Shown here piece by piece: positions 24,111 to 37,550 of a DNA stretch of 64,000 bases; the stretch's first letter is position 1; each line of letters begins with the position of its first letter. A program made the translations under genes and the position numbers. The DNA is taken from contig NC_045696.1 in assembly GCF_009834535.1 (NCBI RefSeq), positions 48,114,001 to 48,178,000 on the forward strand. The letters are read 5' to 3'. Under the pieces are notes generated by a model that did not search any database, was not told the origin of the DNA, and saw nothing but the letters and a program-made list of their open reading frames with translations. The stretch is from Camelus ferus (Eukaryota).

Positions 24111-26109
24111 TGCTGATCTCTGTGCAGTCCTGCCTCTCGAAAGTTGGCCGTGGTGCCTAGTGAAAAATGTAGGGGAAAAGTTGCAGACACCTATACTTCT
24201 GCAGTCTCAGAGCCTGGATGAAAGAGGGTTGCTTGTACTTGCTAGAATCAGGAAAACAGTGGGAAAAAAGCACTTGACTGAGAATAAAAGGACCAGGATT
24301 CTACTCTTGATGTTTCTTCTAACTCACCTTCTGGCCTGTGTAGTCAGAGAGTAAGTTATTAATCTGAAGTGACAGGCTCGGAGTAGAGCTGCAGTGTTCA
24401 AACTCGGCTCCTGTCCACCTGGGATTCTGCAGAGGGGTAGCTGGGCTGGCTTCTCGGGTAAGAGAGTGCTAAGGATACAGTTCCTGCTTGGCATTAAGAA
24501 GTGTTTCTTCCTTTTGCCTTTTCCCATGTTTTACCTTATTGAATTGGTTCAAAATAGGTCTTGAAGAAGGCAGGGTTCAACTCTGAAGCCGCTTCCTTGC
24601 GATCTGATGGTTTTAACACCTACCAGAAAGATAAGAGTGGCTTCAAAATAACATGCCTTTTCATTGACTTTTGGAGAAAGACAGTGTTCTTGTTTTCTTG
24701 TTCAAACTCTGACTCTAATGAAGAAATTTTAAGCCAAATAGCATGGGAAGGTATTTTTAAAGCAGGCAAGAAATGCCTTCCAAATTACAGCACATAAATG
24801 GCTATTCAATCTGTGCATGTTCCATTTGTGTGTGTACACACAGACAGACATGCCCATACACAATGCTAGTAATAATCTTCAGCCAACTATTTTGCTGCTT
24901 ATTATTCATATTAAGGGGGATATACACACACACACGCACATGTGCACACACACACACGTTTTTGTTTCTGCCCAGCTCGTGGTGATCCCAGCTTGCACTT
25001 TCCATAATACTCAGCATGAAATCCACCCTAACTAGCTAGGTTCAGGTAAGAAGCACTTGGGTATCTGCTCTAGACTCTAACAAAAGGCAAATCAATTATA
25101 CAACAAGTATTTAGTAAGTATTCAGTACTCGAGTACTCAGTACCCCATGGGAATTTATAAAGAAACTCAAGACACCTGTGTCCTCTAGGATCTTAGTACG
25201 TGTGATACACTAGCAGGCAGCATATAATTGAGTGTTAAATTGTCTGACACAGGCTGTTAAGTGTAGTGGGAGTTTCAGAGAAGAGGAAGAGAAATGAGAG
25301 CTAGTAAAATCAAATAAGACTTTGAGGGAGGTGAAACTTGAACTCAGTCTGTAAGGGTAGGTGTCCTTTCAGTTGGCAGAAGGAGGAAGGTGAGTGGGGA
25401 AGTCCCTGTTTTGGATCTGTCATTATAGTAACTTCAGTGACTTGATATGCATCACAAGGGGTGTAATTTGAGGGGCAACCAGAAAATTCTTCTGTCCTAT
25501 CACGTATGAAAAAGATTCTACTATTAGATGTAATTTAATGTTTGTCTTTTAAAATAAAAATTCTCGGGGCAGTTAAAATACATTATGATGGGGTTACTTT
25601 TCATTTATACCTTAGCTAAATACAGCTAATTTCTTTCCACTGAAAACTGTAGCATAACAAGGACTTGATCTCACATGTCTTAGTATCTCCCATATAAAAG
25701 CCTATCAAGAGATTTGTTCTTACGTCCCAAATCTCAGTGACTAGAAACACTTGACTCCCCAAGATAAGCCGTTTTAGCCTCCTTATGAGAAAGGGGAAAC
25801 ATACATCTGATTAGTTTAGTAGTGGTAGAAACTTTGGCTTCCACTTCTCCCTTCTAACTTTGCTAAGTCCTGACCTTCTATGTATATATTACCAAACATC
25901 AGACTCCTCTTGCTCATTTCCAGGTTCACCATCTTACGGTATATAAGGGAATTTTTCAATGGTGTATGGTATATAAGAGAACAATTTAAAGAGAAAATTA
26001 GTCTCATTATTCCTCTGAGTCATCTGGGCATTAACTGACTCTCCTGACTCCTCAGTATCATGCCCTCAGGATCAGTGTTGAGCCACTCCCCATGGCAAAG
26101 ACTGCTGGT

Positions 26110-26440
26110 TGTCCCCGGTTTGCTTCCTTTTCTTGCTCGGTAGTAGAACCTTTGCTTTTTAGCTATGTAGATGTCAGTGTGTAATAAAGACCACTCCCAG
26201 ACTTCCTTGCTGCAGGTATACCCCTGTGACTGAATCCGAGACAATCCTAGACAAGCAGAAGTGGTGCGTGCAGTTTATAGGATGCATTTCTAAAGGAAGC
26301 AGCATGCCCGTCCTTGTTGCCTCCTTCTTGTTCGAATATAGTTATAATATCAGGGTTTCTAGCAGCTGTCTTGGACAATGGGATGACCCTGGGAACGTGG
26401 CTCGCCTATGGATAGTACCTATCTCAAAAGGTGGATAGAA
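26110..26440 (+). mobile_element. MaLR LTR fragment (MLT1-like)
   Basis: ctcccagacttccttgctgcaggtatacccctgtgactgaatcc...aagcagaagtggtgcgtgcag. Confidence 0.55.
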
Positions 26441-26949
26441 AGAATAATGAGAGATGCATAAAATGTATTTAGGCAGTGCTTGTCACGTAAAAAATTTCAT
26501 ATGAACGTGTTGATTTCAGTTTAGATTGAATTCTGACTTCTGTGAAAGGGCTGTGTATTTGTATGTGTGTTTTCCAACACTTCCCTATTCAATATCAGAA
26601 GAATAAAACATCAGGGCGGCAGCTTACACTCAAAAGGAACCAGACTTGGAAAGACCACATCTGCTGCACTATGCCTGTGCGCAGTCTAAGCTGTCCTGGT
26701 AGAGGTTCCATGGCGTTCTGCTAGATTGGCCAGCTCAGATTTGGAGAAATGCGCTGCAGAGGGATGGAAGGTGGATCTTGAGAGAGACCAGCCTCTGAGG
26801 CTGGAAGACCTATGTTAAGCTTCAAGTAACAAAGACTCAAAATAACAGAGAACTTAAAGAAGACAACCATTTGTTTCTCTTTAATTCGATGTTTAGTGTA
26901 GTCACTTCTAAAGACCTGATGAGATTTTTCGACAAGCCACTATTCTTTT

Positions 26950-27276
26950 TTTTTTTTAACATTTTTTGTTGACTTATAATCATTTTACATTGTTGTGTCA
27001 AATTCCAGTGTAGAGCACAATTTTTCAGTTATACATGAGCATATATATATTCATTGTCACATTTTTTTCTCTGTGTGCCACCACAAGATCTTGTATGTAT
27101 TTCCCTGTGCTATACGGTATAATCTTGTTTATTCTATATTTTGAAATCCCAGTCTATCTCTTCCCAGCCCCCACCCCCTTAGCAACCACAAGTTTGTATT
27201 CTATGTCTATGAGTCTGTTTCTGTTTTGTATTTATGTTTTGTTTGTTTTTTTTTTTCTTTTAGATTCCACATATGA
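26950..27276 (-). mobile_element. Young 5'-truncated L1 3'UTR, same family as 5076-5620
   Basis: Close similarity to 5076-5430 (tgttgtgtcaaattccagtgtagagcacaatttttcagttatacatga). Perfect 18-bp TSD acaagccactattctttt at 26932-26949 and 27277-27294. Confidence 0.93.
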
Positions 27277-27399
27277 ACAAGCCACTATTCTTTTCTTCAG
27301 TCTTTGGGGAACTTGCAGTAGGGGTGTCATTCTTGCAATTAAGTACATTTTCTTGGGTCTAATTATTAATTAATTATTTCCTTTTTTCTTCTTTTTTTT

Positions 27400-28130
27400 G
27401 TTTGTTAAACATCAACTATTGATTTATTGAGGTGTAATTTACATGCAATAAAGTGCATAAATTTTACAATATAGTTTGATGAGTTTTTTTTAATTCTTAT
27501 TTTTATTGAAGTGTAGTCAGTTTACAATGTTAGTTTCAGGTGTACAGCAAAGTGATTCAATTTTTTATATGTATATTTATTTTTCAGATTCTTTTCCATT
27601 ACAGCTCATTACAAGATGATGAGTTTTGAAAAAATATATTCATCTGTGTAACAACCACCCCAATTATGCTATAAAACTTCCAACACACATAAAGTTTCCT
27701 ACATGCTGCTATGTAGTCAGTCCTCTTACCACCTGGATCCACACTTCAGGTGACCATTGTTGTTTGCATTATTTTGGGTTAGTTTTGTCTGTTCTTGAAA
27801 TTTGTGTAATAAATCACAGAGTCTGTATTCTTTAGTGTCAGGCTCTTTTTGCTCAGCACGTTTCTGACATTAAGCTCTGTTGCATATTTCAGTAGTTTGT
27901 TCCTTCCTATATCTGAGTAGTATTCCATCGTATGAATGTGTGAAGATTTGTTTAACCTTTCATCTGTTGATAGACGTTGGGCTTTTTCTAGTGTTGTGCC
28001 ATTATAAATAAAGTTTCTATAAATATTTTGTACTTCGTTAAAGATTTTTGTGGACACATGTTTTCACTTCTCTTGAATAATATCTAACAGTAGAATTCCT
28101 GGATAATGCAGTTGGTACAGTTTTTTCTGT
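27400..28130 (-). mobile_element. Old L1 (L1MB/MC-like) 3' end
   Basis: tttattgaggtgtaatttacatgcaataaagtgc...ctgagtagtattccatcgtatgaat...catctgttgatagacgttggg. ORF 27779-28057(-) is a decayed ORF2 C-terminus (HIHTMEYYS). Confidence 0.8.
27488..27616 (-). mobile_element. Short L1 3' end nested in the older L1
   Basis: tttttattgaagtgtagtcagtttacaatgttagtttcaggtgtacagcaaagtgattc. TSD tgatgagtttt at 27477-27487 and 27617-27627. Confidence 0.85.
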
Positions 28131-29039
28131 TTTTAAAAACATGCTTTCATAAACCTCTGTAAATCATTCGTGGACTAAGAGGGGTGGATGACAGCAAACA
28201 TAGAATTAGAACTGAGAAACTATAAGATTTAATGGGGGGAGAGGGCAGGAAGAAGCCTCTCTGAAAGCCGAAGTCCTAACCCCTGAGCAGTGAGACTGGG
28301 TGGAGTGCCCTGAGCACAGCACATGGGCACTGGCCTGGGTGTCGCAGGCCTGAGACACGGAGGGGACCAGGGCTCTCTGTGAGCTCTGCCAGTCTCCCTA
28401 TCTCTGCTCTTGATTGGGCTATTGATGTCTGGTAGGTTTTTTTTTGTTTTTGTATTTTGTTTTAATGAGAATTTCCTTGGTATAATATCTATGAGAGATT
28501 TTTAACACTTGCTGAGTGGGTGTCAGCATGGTACAGATGTGCAGGTATGTTCCAAAGGAAAGAAAAGGTTTACCTAATCCCCTATTGTGAAGGTCAGTTC
28601 ATTTGTTTAGACTTAAGGAAAAACAATGATGCATCCTTTAACAAGCTCTCTCTCCAAAATCAACGTGCAATGTGGGAGTTCTAGTGAGCATTTAAGGACT
28701 AAAAAAATAATAAAAACAGGAGGAGAAAGCATAAACATGACACAGGTTCATTAGGTAATAGAAATCATCGTGTTTACGTAGTCCCTTGTGGAGAATAAGA
28801 CAGGCCAACCCAATTCTTCTATGCTCAGCAAAGTACTGAGAATCTAATGTGTGTTTTCCAGTTTTATTCTTTGTAAAATAAAATGGAAACTAAGGATAGC
28901 CTGAAAGGGAAAAGAGTTTGTGGGCAGAGATAGAGGAGGAATCTGCAGCCCTGAATGGTATGGCTTTGTGAAGGCGGCCTGGTTCAGCTCCATGCTGTTC
29001 ACACGTATTCTAGGCTCTTTTCTTTTTAATATCCACTGA

Positions 29040-29550
29040 CCTCCTTTGTTTTAGGTAAGAGTATCAGAAACGAACTTAAGTTGGATTAAGAAAAAAAGGA
29101 GGTTTATTATAAGAAAGCGGGGGTGATGCATGAATGCTGAGGGCAGGCATGAAGCTGGGCTTCAAGGGAAACTGAGAAGCTGGAAAGGAAAGCCGTCAGG
29201 GTGGGTGCGAGCTGGCTCCTTTGGACTTGGCTGCTCCTGTCTGTGCTCGAGCTCTGGGCTCCCCGCTCCGTCACGTGGCAGAATAGGCCACCCCAACAGC
29301 TCACACTTTTCTATGTCATAGTTCTCGCACTTGTGGGTGGCTGCCTCATTGGTTGAATTAGGAATCTCAGAGGAGAGAAGCTGAGCGGTTTGAAACAGTG
29401 TTTACTTTTGGTCCAAATAGCTATGGGCAGAGGTGAGGGACATTAAAATCATAGAGTAAAATAGAGCTGCCAGGGGCTCACCTCGTTGTCTTCATGGGGT
29501 GGTTCTCAGAGAAGACAACTTGGCCAAAAGTCTAGGCAGGCACTTCAAAA
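29040..29550 (-). mobile_element. MaLR LTR (MLT1-like)
   Basis: ttaggtaagagtatcagaaac...aaaggaggtttatt...gaatctcagaggagagaagctgagcgg...tggtccaaatagctatggg. Confidence 0.55.
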
Positions 29551-32500
29551 GGTAAAATGTGTTTACTTAGTGCTCAGCCCCAGAGAAACTGCTTAACCCC
29601 TTATGTGTTGTTCTGAAACAAAGTGGTGAAGAAAAATAGGATTTTTCACTTATTTCTTTGTATTGACTTCAAATAATATCTAGCTATTCTAAGTCAGTGT
29701 AAAGGAATAGTAAGATTCTATTAATTTGGTGTATTTGCCTTGGAGAGTAAATTCTGAACTGCCTGATCAACTCATGTTATGAAGATTTCACACTAGGTAA
29801 ATTTAAAGCAAATGGATAACTGAAGATAGATCATTTATTTCATGGACGTTTTTAAGCAGTTGAGCTTATGTGCATGTGTTTGTAACCCATCATTGATACT
29901 CAGGGACAGGTATAGGATCTCCTAGAGCAACTTCTCTGTCATCAAAAACTTCTGAGACCATACTGAAAGAAAAAATAGAACTGGCAGACAACGTCTAGTT
30001 ACCTTCTGGGTGTGTTTACGAGAAGAATGCAGTGATGGGCCTCTATCTGCAGAGTGCACATTTTACAAAAGAATTCCTCCGAAGTCCTTGGATTGCCTGT
30101 GTTTGGTACTGAGGACTTAGAGTCAGTCTCTACTGAGATTTGTCAAAATGAGGAAAGCAACTGGAGAGCCATTATTTGCATGCCTGATCATGTCAGCAGT
30201 CTTCTAGAACCTGAGAGAATGACAGTCTACACGGAACCAGTGTCTTCAGGCAAGCAGGGAGGGAGCAAATCTCAAGGGAGACACTGCTTAGTTTTAAGAA
30301 GAAGAAAAAAAAATCCATCTCTTAGTTTTGCCAACACGGCTCACCCCTGGATCTGAGACCCCTCACCTATTGAGACTGAAAGAGTTTCTATTAACCAAGA
30401 TTTTAAAAAAATACGGCGGTGGTGGTGGTCTAAGTTAATTGCACATGAGACAACCTAGATACTGTGGAGATACAACTTTAAATTTGGGCAAATTATTATG
30501 CATCAATAAATATTAATATGTAGCCAATCTCTCCAACCTTCAAATAAATTAAAAGGTATCAGTTCAAAAAATCAATTTGGTATAATTTCTGAAAAGAATA
30601 TGAGTCTTTTAAAAATAATGAAGTAGGTGCTGTGAGTCAGCTTTGGAATAATGCAAGACGTTATTAGAGGATTCACATAAAACAGCCCTTTTTTCTCCCC
30701 AGCCCCCGAACTGATGAGGCCACTTGATTTTTAAAAATGTTTATTTTTGAATTCTATATTATAGTTAAAAAATATAGAACCATTTTATTGACGTAGGATT
30801 GAAGTACAAAAGTGGTTTGTATTTAATATATGTGATTTGATTTTGGAGCACTTGGTTTTTTTAAAAAAAAATACCTATTTAAGGTGGAGAGTATTGTTGG
30901 TTTTGAAATACTGCTTTTTGGATTTTGTTTTGTATTTAATTAATTTTGATAAAAATGCACACGAAATGTTAAAAGTTGCATGGAAAATAGGATCTTATTG
31001 GATCTAAGCTCAATGAAATGATGATCAAAACTCATTAGACTGACAAGACACAAGTGAAAGAGAGGATAAAAATGCATTCAAGGGTAACACCAGTAACAGT
31101 GTGGGGATGTGATCAGGAATGATTCTAAAGCTATTGGTTAAAGTGTGTGTGATGGTGGAAGATACATGTTTTTCTGAACATAAGTAGAAAATAAGAGTAG
31201 AGGTTTTGTTCCTATCTCTGTATTGACTTAAAATAACATATTGACAATCCTGCTGTTCTGAGTCAGATTAACAGAATAGCATGCTTTTATTTATTTGATA
31301 CATTCTCTTTGGAGACTAAATTTATAGTATGACATTTGTTGTCTTATGCTATTAAGAATTTTTGGTATTAGGTATTCTGAAACCTTTACCTTCCTTCTGA
31401 TATGGAGAGAGAGCTGTTAAATTAAAAAATGACTAATTTCATGTATGTTCCAAATCCGTTTCTACTTTGAAATTTCCCTACCATAGTATTTTCCACTACC
31501 TTTCTCTTCCTATGCATATTTCCCTTTTCTTCCTTCAACTCATACATTAAGAGGAAACTTATAAAGCTCAAGTGAACAAATGTCTGGTTTTAAACACGAA
31601 TGAGGATTCCTGTTTTTTTTTTTCTCTCGACTTTATACATATGTGTGGCCTGTCATCAGGGAGTGATTTCATCATATTGATTGCCTCCAAAACTTACAGT
31701 ACTCTTACACCCAAGTTTGTTGTTGGCTCAGCATGGTTTGTGGAATGAAAATGATTTGTGTTCTAATTCCAGATATTGATTGACCATGTGTTACTTTGGG
31801 AACAAGAGCTGACTCGTTTCCTTAGCAGGATAATGAGAAAATTACTGACCTCCTCTCAAGAGAGGTTTGGCAAATAGAGAATTACAAAATGCTTTGCATT
31901 AGAAAGGCTAAATATTCTAAGTGCTTTCATTCTTCTTGGCATAGCAGTGTTTGCTTGTGGACTGTTTTAGGGAAAGACTTTAACCAGGAAGTACATGTGA
32001 CTTTGCTTTGGCCGCTGAAAATATCTGTATGTTGCAGTGGACCTGACCAAAAAGAGAGTTCTAGAACTCCAAAAATGCCCTGACAGAGTCTGACCATGTT
32101 TCCCTGAATGAGGACACTAAGAGCTCCCGTGCCATATTTTCCAGATGGATTCACTGTAATGCCTGCAACTTAGCCAGTCTGAATCCTTGCCTGCACACTT
32201 TCAGACAGTCTCCTAATTGGGTCGTCATTGGGAAAGGTAGAAAACTGTAACGGAGATCAGATGGGACTGAGCACAGTGAAGGGGATCTCACTGCTGCTGC
32301 TGGTGTGGCCGTCCAGCACAACCCAGGCAGTTCCAGTGCTGGCAACAGTTTACAGACGAAATAAATGAGGGATCACCCAACATTTCATTTGTCACTGTCA
32401 GAGCAGCCCAAGGCACAGCTCTGCTTTGCCAGCCACGTTTTCAGATGGAAGCGTGCGTTTCAATCACATTTGTTTTCCTGACACTTCAGGTGGTGCAGGG

Positions 32501-32702
32501 TTCTGTAGGCCAGCCTTAGCTTACTTGCCCTCGGCTCACTGCTTCTCTCTGGTGCATCTTCACAGCCGTATCCTCATAGCTTAGCACACTGAGAGTTTAT
32601 GTTGGTAAAATATTTAATTGCACTAGAATCTTAAGACCTGCAAGGGTCCCCAGGCAGGACTGAGTAGAAATCATTCTAGAGAGATACCTCCTTACCCTGT
32701 AA

Positions 32703-32741
32703 TCTCTCTCTCTCTCTCTCTTTCTCTCTCACACACACACA
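32703..32741. repeat. (TC)n(AC)n compound microsatellite
   Basis: Directly visible in the sequence. Confidence 0.9.
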
Positions 32742-33804
32742 GAGCTAGCGAACTGTCACATGCCTCAAGGTGTACATACTGAAGGGTGTAGCTGTCAGTA
32801 TACTTAGCTCCCCTACCCTCACTGTCACCCCATATGTAAGTTCTGGCCTCAGTTCTAAGACCAGGTCTATATTCTTGGCCAAGCCATCATCTCTAAAGGC
32901 ACAGAGTCCTATGTCTGAAATAAAGATGAAAACCTCTCCTCTGATCCACATCGATCTCAGATATTTTGAGACTTGGTTAAAACATATGCAGTAGGTATGT
33001 CTGTGGAGGGCTGGCGTTAACTTCAGTTGATAACGTGTTGGATGACTGGTATTTGAGGGTTCATCATGTTGTTCTCCATATGTGTATTTGCTTAAAATAT
33101 TCTATAATAAAAAGTTTTAAAAATAGTAATTCAAAATAAAAACCTGCTCTGCCTACTTCTCAGCAGAGTTACAGGTGAGAATGATAGGAGACAGTATGTA
33201 AAAGTGTTTTCTGAATAAATAGTAAAACACTAGAACAAGTGTATCTCAAAAAAGTATATATGGAGCACTCATATCAGACTTACCTCATATACTAATTAGA
33301 ACATAGCTGCAGAGTTCCACAGGCCTATGGAATCTGAAAGCAAGATGCAGTGTAGCCCAGAGGAATCTCCACTTTTAATTAGCCCTTTATGCCTACCATC
33401 TCAGGTGATATTTCTACACTATGAAATTTGAAAACCACGTAGTCTGCAAATCCTTCTTGACATTATTAAGTTTTTTTGAGTGGATGAGAAATGGCTTCTG
33501 GTGGGGTTGAGGACCTGTTTCCTACAAGGCCCAGGCACCTCTGTGCTAACCCCTGCCCCACTTATAATTTATTGTTTGAACCCTGATTTCTAACTGTTGA
33601 CTAAACCTCAAGTTCATGCTCTCTGCTCTCCCTACCTTGGCCCCGCTTGGTTACCAAACCTTAAGCAGGATTTGTTCATTACATGCTGGGCCTACTTGCT
33701 TATATATCAACTTTTGGCCTCAGTCTCACCAACACATGATTATGTGTAGATTTCAGCCTGCCCACCTACCACTTTTGTCCAGACACTGCCCAGGCCTCTC
33801 CTGG

Positions 33805-34310
33805 GTTCATTCACTCAGCCTCAGTTTTTTGTTGAACACCTTTTATGTGCTCAGACTCTTCTAGGTGCTAGCAGTCAATACAGTTAAAATCCCTTCCCTC
33901 ATGGAATTTGCTCAGTAGATTTGGAGACTCTGTCTTTGAGCAGGTAACTAATAATACAACATCAGATAGTGCCAAGGGCCAAGAATAAAATAAACTGGGG
34001 GAAAAGGGATTTAGAGTTACATTTGTTAGGGAAGGAACAGAATTATTTCCTTCTGAAAAGGAAATATTTAAAGAGACCTAAGATGAGAAGGAGAAGGTGG
34101 TAGAAAGAATTGGCAGAAGAGACGAAGCAGTAAGTGCAAAGACTGTGGCAGCAGTGAACTTCGCTCAGTAGCAGTGAGGAGCCGTGGTGGCTGCATCGTG
34201 TTGGTCAGGGGTCAAAGTGGCGAGAGGTGAGTGTGAAGAGAGAGGGCCAGTGACTAGATCCTGTAAGGCTTCAGAGGACATGATAAAGAGTTTGTATTTT
34301 AAATACTACT
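33805..34310 (-). mobile_element. L2 fragment
   Basis: ttcattcactcag...ttgttgaacaccttttatgtgctcagactcttctaggtgct...agtaagtgcaaagac...aagagtttgtattttaa. Confidence 0.7.
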
Positions 34311-34624
34311 TGTGGCTACTGGTCATGTTTTCATCAGTCTGATCAGGTGTTGCCATGTTTCCCAAGGCCAGATAATCCCGCAGCAGCGTCATCTCATGTC
34401 CCAATTCCCTATAGTGCTCAAAAGAAGGACATTCATAGAATGGAAGTCATTTCCGTTGACCACAATTCATGCTCAGAAAAGAATAGAGAAAACCTGCCTT
34501 TCTGTGTTCTCCATCATTGACTGATGGCTACTTTTCACTGAACATAATCCTTAAAACCACCAGGAAATGATGTTAAGAAGTGTTCCTCTCACCCTCAACT
34601 GTGCAAGCCTGTGGTTACCAGATT

Positions 34625-34643
34625 TGGCCACTAGATGGTGGCT
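34625..34643 (+). promoter_or_regulatory. Candidate CTCF binding site
   Basis: TGGCCACTAGATGGTGGCT closely matches the CTCF core TGGCCASYAGRKGGCRS. Confidence 0.6.
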
Positions 34644-34819
34644 GCATATCAGTTCCTTGAAACAATGAGTTTCTTATTTGACAAAGGTATTAAAGAATAA
34701 ATTAATGAATTAAAGACACAAATAAATATATGTGCATTTAAAATTCCTTTGGTTGAAAAGATCAGGTCATGGCTCTGGCTGTGGAACAGATTCCTCCTAC
34801 TGCTCATTTGCCCTGTTCC

Positions 34820-35900
34820 TTATTTGAGGTTTCCTGGACTGTTTTCTTCTTGGCCTCCTATATTTTCTCTGGATGATTTCATTCACTCCCACAGCTTCAT
34901 CTATGCAGTGTTTATGCTAATGATGTTCCAATTAATATCTTCACCGGGTATTCTCTAGACCTCCAGACCTATAATCCCAGCTGCTCTTAGATAGCAGATA
35001 GATGACTTTTGGTACCTCCAAACTCAATAAACTTTAAACCAAACTCACAGTCTTTCTTCTTGACTACTTCCTTCCCTTGAAATATTTTTCTTCTTATCTC
35101 AGTTAATGATGTTACAACTTCATCAGTTGTCTTGAAGAAGAATCTCTGAGTTACTGATTTCCTCCTGCTGCCCACTCCCCATATTCACTTTGTCTTGAGG
35201 TACTGTTGATTTTACTTCCGAAATGTCTTGCCAATGCATTTATTCCCTTTTTATTTTCTCACCTGCATCATTGTTTCCATTCATGTAATAAATCCTTAAC
35301 TGAAATCTGTTTGCCATTTTACATTCCGTTGTCCACACATCCTTTGGAAAAAAACCTTGTCAAACTTAGATTTGAACTAGTCACTTCTTTGCTTTAAATT
35401 CTTCTGCTCGGAGAATAAAGTCCAAACCCCATATTCTACTATTCAGAGCCTTCAAGGTATGGCTCCATCCACCTTCCCAGCCTCTTTCTGGCTCCTCCCT
35501 GCCACACACCCATATTGAGTGTTCAGAGTCCCTAGTAGGGCCATGGACTCTCTTGACTGTGTCCCTTTTTCACATGCTTCTTGTCCTAGAACTTCTCTGT
35601 ATCTCCTGTTGGCCTCCGGTTTTTCATTGTAGTATGCCTGTAGTAAAGCTTAGCCCTTCTTTCCATAGGACTCTAAGGAGTGGGAGACTTCCTCCTCAGT
35701 GCTCTCACTGCACACACAGCCATTGTAATGTTTGTCTGGTGGACTGTGCTTACTCATCTGCATGTCTGCATCCTGCCCCTGAACTGAGATTGCTTTCCAG
35801 CAGGTAGTGTTCTTTTTCCATCTTTGTGTCTCCAGCAACTTGCATGAGTCTTGGGGTACTCAACAACTCTTGTTTTAGTGAATGGACAAATGAACGAATT
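34820..35900 (+). mobile_element. L2 fragment
   Basis: ctctggatgatttcattcactcccacagcttc...gacctccagacctataatcccagctgc...tttttccatctttgtgtctccagca...tgaatggacaaatgaacgaat. Confidence 0.75.
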
Positions 35901-37319
35901 CTGATTCCCTCTGCATTTTTTCCATTGGGCAGGAAAGGCCTTCCTCTGTTCCTCTTTCTCCTCCAGTTGCTCTCATGAATAATTTCACATGAGAAAAGAA
36001 GGGGAAAGGATATCTGTAGATACTGTCTTCCAGACACAGAAAACAGACCATTCTAGGAAAAGTAAGCTTTAGAAAGAGGTGGGAGCTGGGGCCATAGTTG
36101 GAATCACCAAAGCCCAGGAGCCCAAAGAGGGGTCCCCCAGTGCTTTACTGTTTCATAGTCATAACCATAACAATCATGTAAGCAATGAAATTAGGTTCAG
36201 ATTTTAGTTTTCCGATTCCCCATCACCCATACCATTGCTCACTTGTGCTAATATCAGTTCAATGTAAAAGGAGACTTTTGGGTGAGAGCTAGTTCCATAG
36301 TCATAGCCATGACCTGTGGGGTTCCTGTGTTACATATACGATATTCCATGTTACAGGACCATTCTCAACCTAAAAATCCTCCCAAGGGAAAATGTAAGTG
36401 AACAGAAAGCAGACTGCAGGCCATGATACTATTTCTTTTCCTGTTGCTGATCTTTTCAACCAAAGGAATTTTAAATGCACGTATGTTTGGTTTGTCTTTA
36501 GTACATTAATTTATTCTTCCTCCCTTACTGCACACATGGTGGTGGCACTGATGGGGGATGATTGACTAGGAGATTGCCTGAGGTCAGGGACTTGACTGTA
36601 TGGTCCCCCTCTCTCTTCTCAGTGACTGGCATTCTACCCGGCATAGAGCAGGTGCGGAGTAAGGAATCGAATCCCCACCGTTTATTTTCTTATTGGCAGA
36701 CTTGAGTCTTGAGTTAAGGGGATAGCTGGAACTGTTCATAACTTTGGGGATAAAAGGTACAAATCTGAGCAACTGTGACTGTATTGAGGTGTCTGTGATG
36801 ATGAGGGAGGAACTCAGCCAGACTTTGCTTCATTAGATAGTCTGAATGTCTTTGCATAGAAATCTATGCACTACATATATGCCTTCACTTGAAATGATGC
36901 TCACTGTGTTTCTTTATGGCTTCACATGAGAGGAACAGAAAAGTAAAAGGTTAGAATTTCTCTATGGCCAGAAAAAGTATAGATTTCTGGCCGCTAGTCT
37001 AATAAGTATATTTATTTGGTAAGAGGTAATAATAGAAGCATGTGGATTTCATTCATATTTAAATTTTATTGCAACAAATTTCAAGCTTTTTATTGCTAAC
37101 AGACATTCTTTGTGGGGCTCAAATATTTCTTTAACCATGTGGACCATCTTAACTATATGAAGATTCCTGCTGTGATGTGTTATTTTGGACAGGAAGTTAT
37201 CTGAAGCATCATCAGTCTCCGCCCACTTGTGACCTCTGGGAAGAGTATAGGTATATTATTCCCGGCCAGCAGTGCCCTGTCTAGTTGCCCTTTGCAAACT
37301 CTATCTCAAAGTGTCAATA

Positions 37320-37550
37320 TACGAATAATAATCACTTATGTTTGTATATGGCTTTATATTGTTCAAAGTGTTATATATACTTTTACTCATTTGATCCTTA
37401 TAAACATAAATTAAGAAGCACTGAGGGGTATACTTTAAAGATGAGGAAACTGAGGCTTGGAGATGTTTTTGAGCCAAGTTCGTACCAATAACGATGTAAG
37501 TGGTGGGATTAGATTCAGGTTTCAGTTTTGAGATTCTCTGTCTTTTTTTA
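37320..37550 (-). mobile_element. MIR SINE
   Basis: Contains the core tactttaaagatgaggaaactgaggcttggaga. Confidence 0.8.

Noticed and set aside
36966..36992. 9-bp inverted repeat ggccagaaa...tttctggcc
   Set aside because: A short stem like this is expected by chance.
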